The position numbers and the translations under genes were made by a program. Shown here one piece after another: positions 62,497-64,000 of a stretch of 64,000 bases of DNA (positions are counted from its first letter, which is position 1; each line of letters starts with the position of its first letter). The notes under the pieces are model-generated. The model did no database searches. It was not told the DNA's origin and was given only the letters and a program-made list of their open reading frames with translations. This DNA comes from Trichoplax adhaerens (Eukaryota > Animalia > Placozoa). The stretch is from NCBI RefSeq assembly GCF_000150275.1, contig NW_002060947.1:5679184-5743183 (forward strand). The letters run 5' to 3'.

Positions 62497-62684
62497 ATAG
62501 ATTGTCATAACTTACCTATTAAAGCTATGTTTCTAATATAGCAAATTACTATGTCTGGACGCATAGATTAGCTAGTTATTATTTAGCTATCAAAACTTTC
62601 TGGCTATGTATAGTATTATTGGTCATATTAAATAAAATTCATACTGCATCTTTATGAAGGCTTGGTCGTGAAGATATATCAATG

Positions 62685-63010
62685 TTTTCAAAGTTGAAAG
62701 CTCCTTTAGAATCCATTAATCATAATATTTACTCCATTTATGGGTAACTACTATCAAGGTATCAAAATTGTTTACTTATTCATCAACATGCTATAGGTCC
62801 TTAATCATATACGATATTATTAGCCTTAAAATTGAATTTAGACTGGATATTTATGGAACCTTTAATGTAAAAGTATATCGATTTTTTCAAAGTTGAAAGT
62901 TCTTTTAGAATCCGTTAACTATAATATTTTCTACTCTACTCTGTTTATGGATGACTATTGTCAAGATATGAAATTATTAACCTATTCATCAATATGCAGT
63001 AGGTCCTTAA
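62685..63010. repeat. Diverged direct repeat (~120 bp, offset ~200 bp)
   Basis: ttttcaaagttgaaag.tc.tttagaatcc.ttaa...tattcatcaa.atgc..taggtccttaa occurs at ~62685 and ~62884. Confidence 0.75.
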
Positions 63011-63592
63011 CATTAACACTTGTTTATAGCATCTATTACGGCATAGGAACATATGGTATCAACAGAATGATCAAGTCTTTCCACAAAATATCACATAGCT
63101 ATAATACTTGTACTTTGTTTATAGTGCCTTCAGAGAGAAATTAAATAATTATGCATACGTGAATATTTTCTTCGAATCACTACTTTTGATCATTATAATT
63201 CTTCTTTTACTAATGGCATGCTTATTGTAAACCTTTTAATCCTTCGGCGATCGAAACTTGCTTCAGAAAATCGTCCGCAACAACATCCAAGTTCAACAGT
63301 TGATTTGTAATGGGCAAACAAAGCTATGGTAGCAACTACATATCGATACTAATTTCAAACTTCTTTGCCGTAACATATCCGAGTTAAAATTTCAAGAAAC
63401 CATTGCTTTTAAATATGTTCAAGATTTAGACATCAAGACTCATCAAATCGGTACGAGATTACGTCATGCTGTATTTGTTCTACAGCGATGTTAATTTCAA
63501 ATTAACACTAAGGTCTATCTTAGCAACACTATAAGATGCTTATATAAAACAGCATAGATTATAGCTTCTGAATATTTAGTGGGAGGGTGGGA

Positions 63593-63642
63593 NNNNNNNN
63601 NNNNNNNNNNNNNNNNNNNNNNNNNNNNNNNNNNNNNNNNNN
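63593..63642. other. Assembly gap (50 N)
   Basis: Run of n characters. Confidence 1.
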
Positions 63643-64000
63643 TATTTGGCAGTGTTGTGCGTAGTGTAGGGTACTGTACTGTACAGTGTACAGTACACTA
63701 CAGTACTGTACAATAGTAGAAAATTGGAGAGTTTTTTAACCGCGTGGTCTGGAACTGTACTGTACACTGTACATACTGGGCATTGGGGACTACTGGGTTC
63801 TCTAGGGACCGCTAAAGACTCTTTCTTTTGCTTTACAGTGATTCGTCTGACTGATACCTTAGCGTGTACGACAATGAGACGTTTCCAACGTTTGCAGAAC
63901 GTTGTTTTTTTACTGTAAAGATGGACTTATTAATATGGTTGCTAAAACAAACACTTTACAGTACGGTACACTGTACAATGTACAGTATTGTATTGTAGTT
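63643..64000 (+). repeat. Near-identical copy of 2913-3279
   Basis: Same orientation. 63781-64000 reads the same as ~3060-3279, and the differences are mostly in the ACTGT runs. Confidence 0.95.

Noticed and set aside
1-64000. tRNA, rRNA, 7SK-like RNA, U12 introns or autonomous transposon ORFs
   Set aside because: I recognised none by eye. An Infernal/Rfam and RepeatMasker run would be needed to exclude them.

Overview
This is AT-rich eukaryotic DNA with compact genes and short GT-AG introns. Gene content and intron positions look like an early-branching animal, and a placozoan (Trichoplax-like) source is my inference, not proven. Supported genes in order: an intronless protein with a HEXIM-type PYNT motif (-), TXNDC9/PhLP3 (+), CRAMP1/cramped (+), SLC25A43 (+), TMEM201/Samp1 (-), a long UFSP2 (+), UBE2A/RAD6 (-), a strongly diverged importin-alpha (KPNA3/4-type) paralog (+), the selenoprotein MSRB1 with an in-frame TGA and a candidate SECIS (-), and a secreted C-type-lectin/mucin/PAN-like protein (+) followed by a second orphan stalk+PAN module. 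Most genes form head-to-head pairs. Their upstream regions are dense in TACTGTA/TACAGTA motifs, and several hold locus-specific 150-220 bp tandem arrays. The last 358 bp, after an assembly gap, repeat positions 2913-3279. Leading candidates: (1) the promoter-associated TACAGTA islands with embedded arrays, (2) an importin-alpha that has lost the IBB and most NLS-binding W/N residues, (3) a PYNT-motif protein without the HEXIM RNA-binding and coiled-coil regions, (4) an MSRB1 SECIS with a non-canonical apical loop, (5) possible alternative 3' stalk+PAN cassettes on the lectin. All gene models were built by eye, and homology calls rest on remembered family sequences, not database searches.
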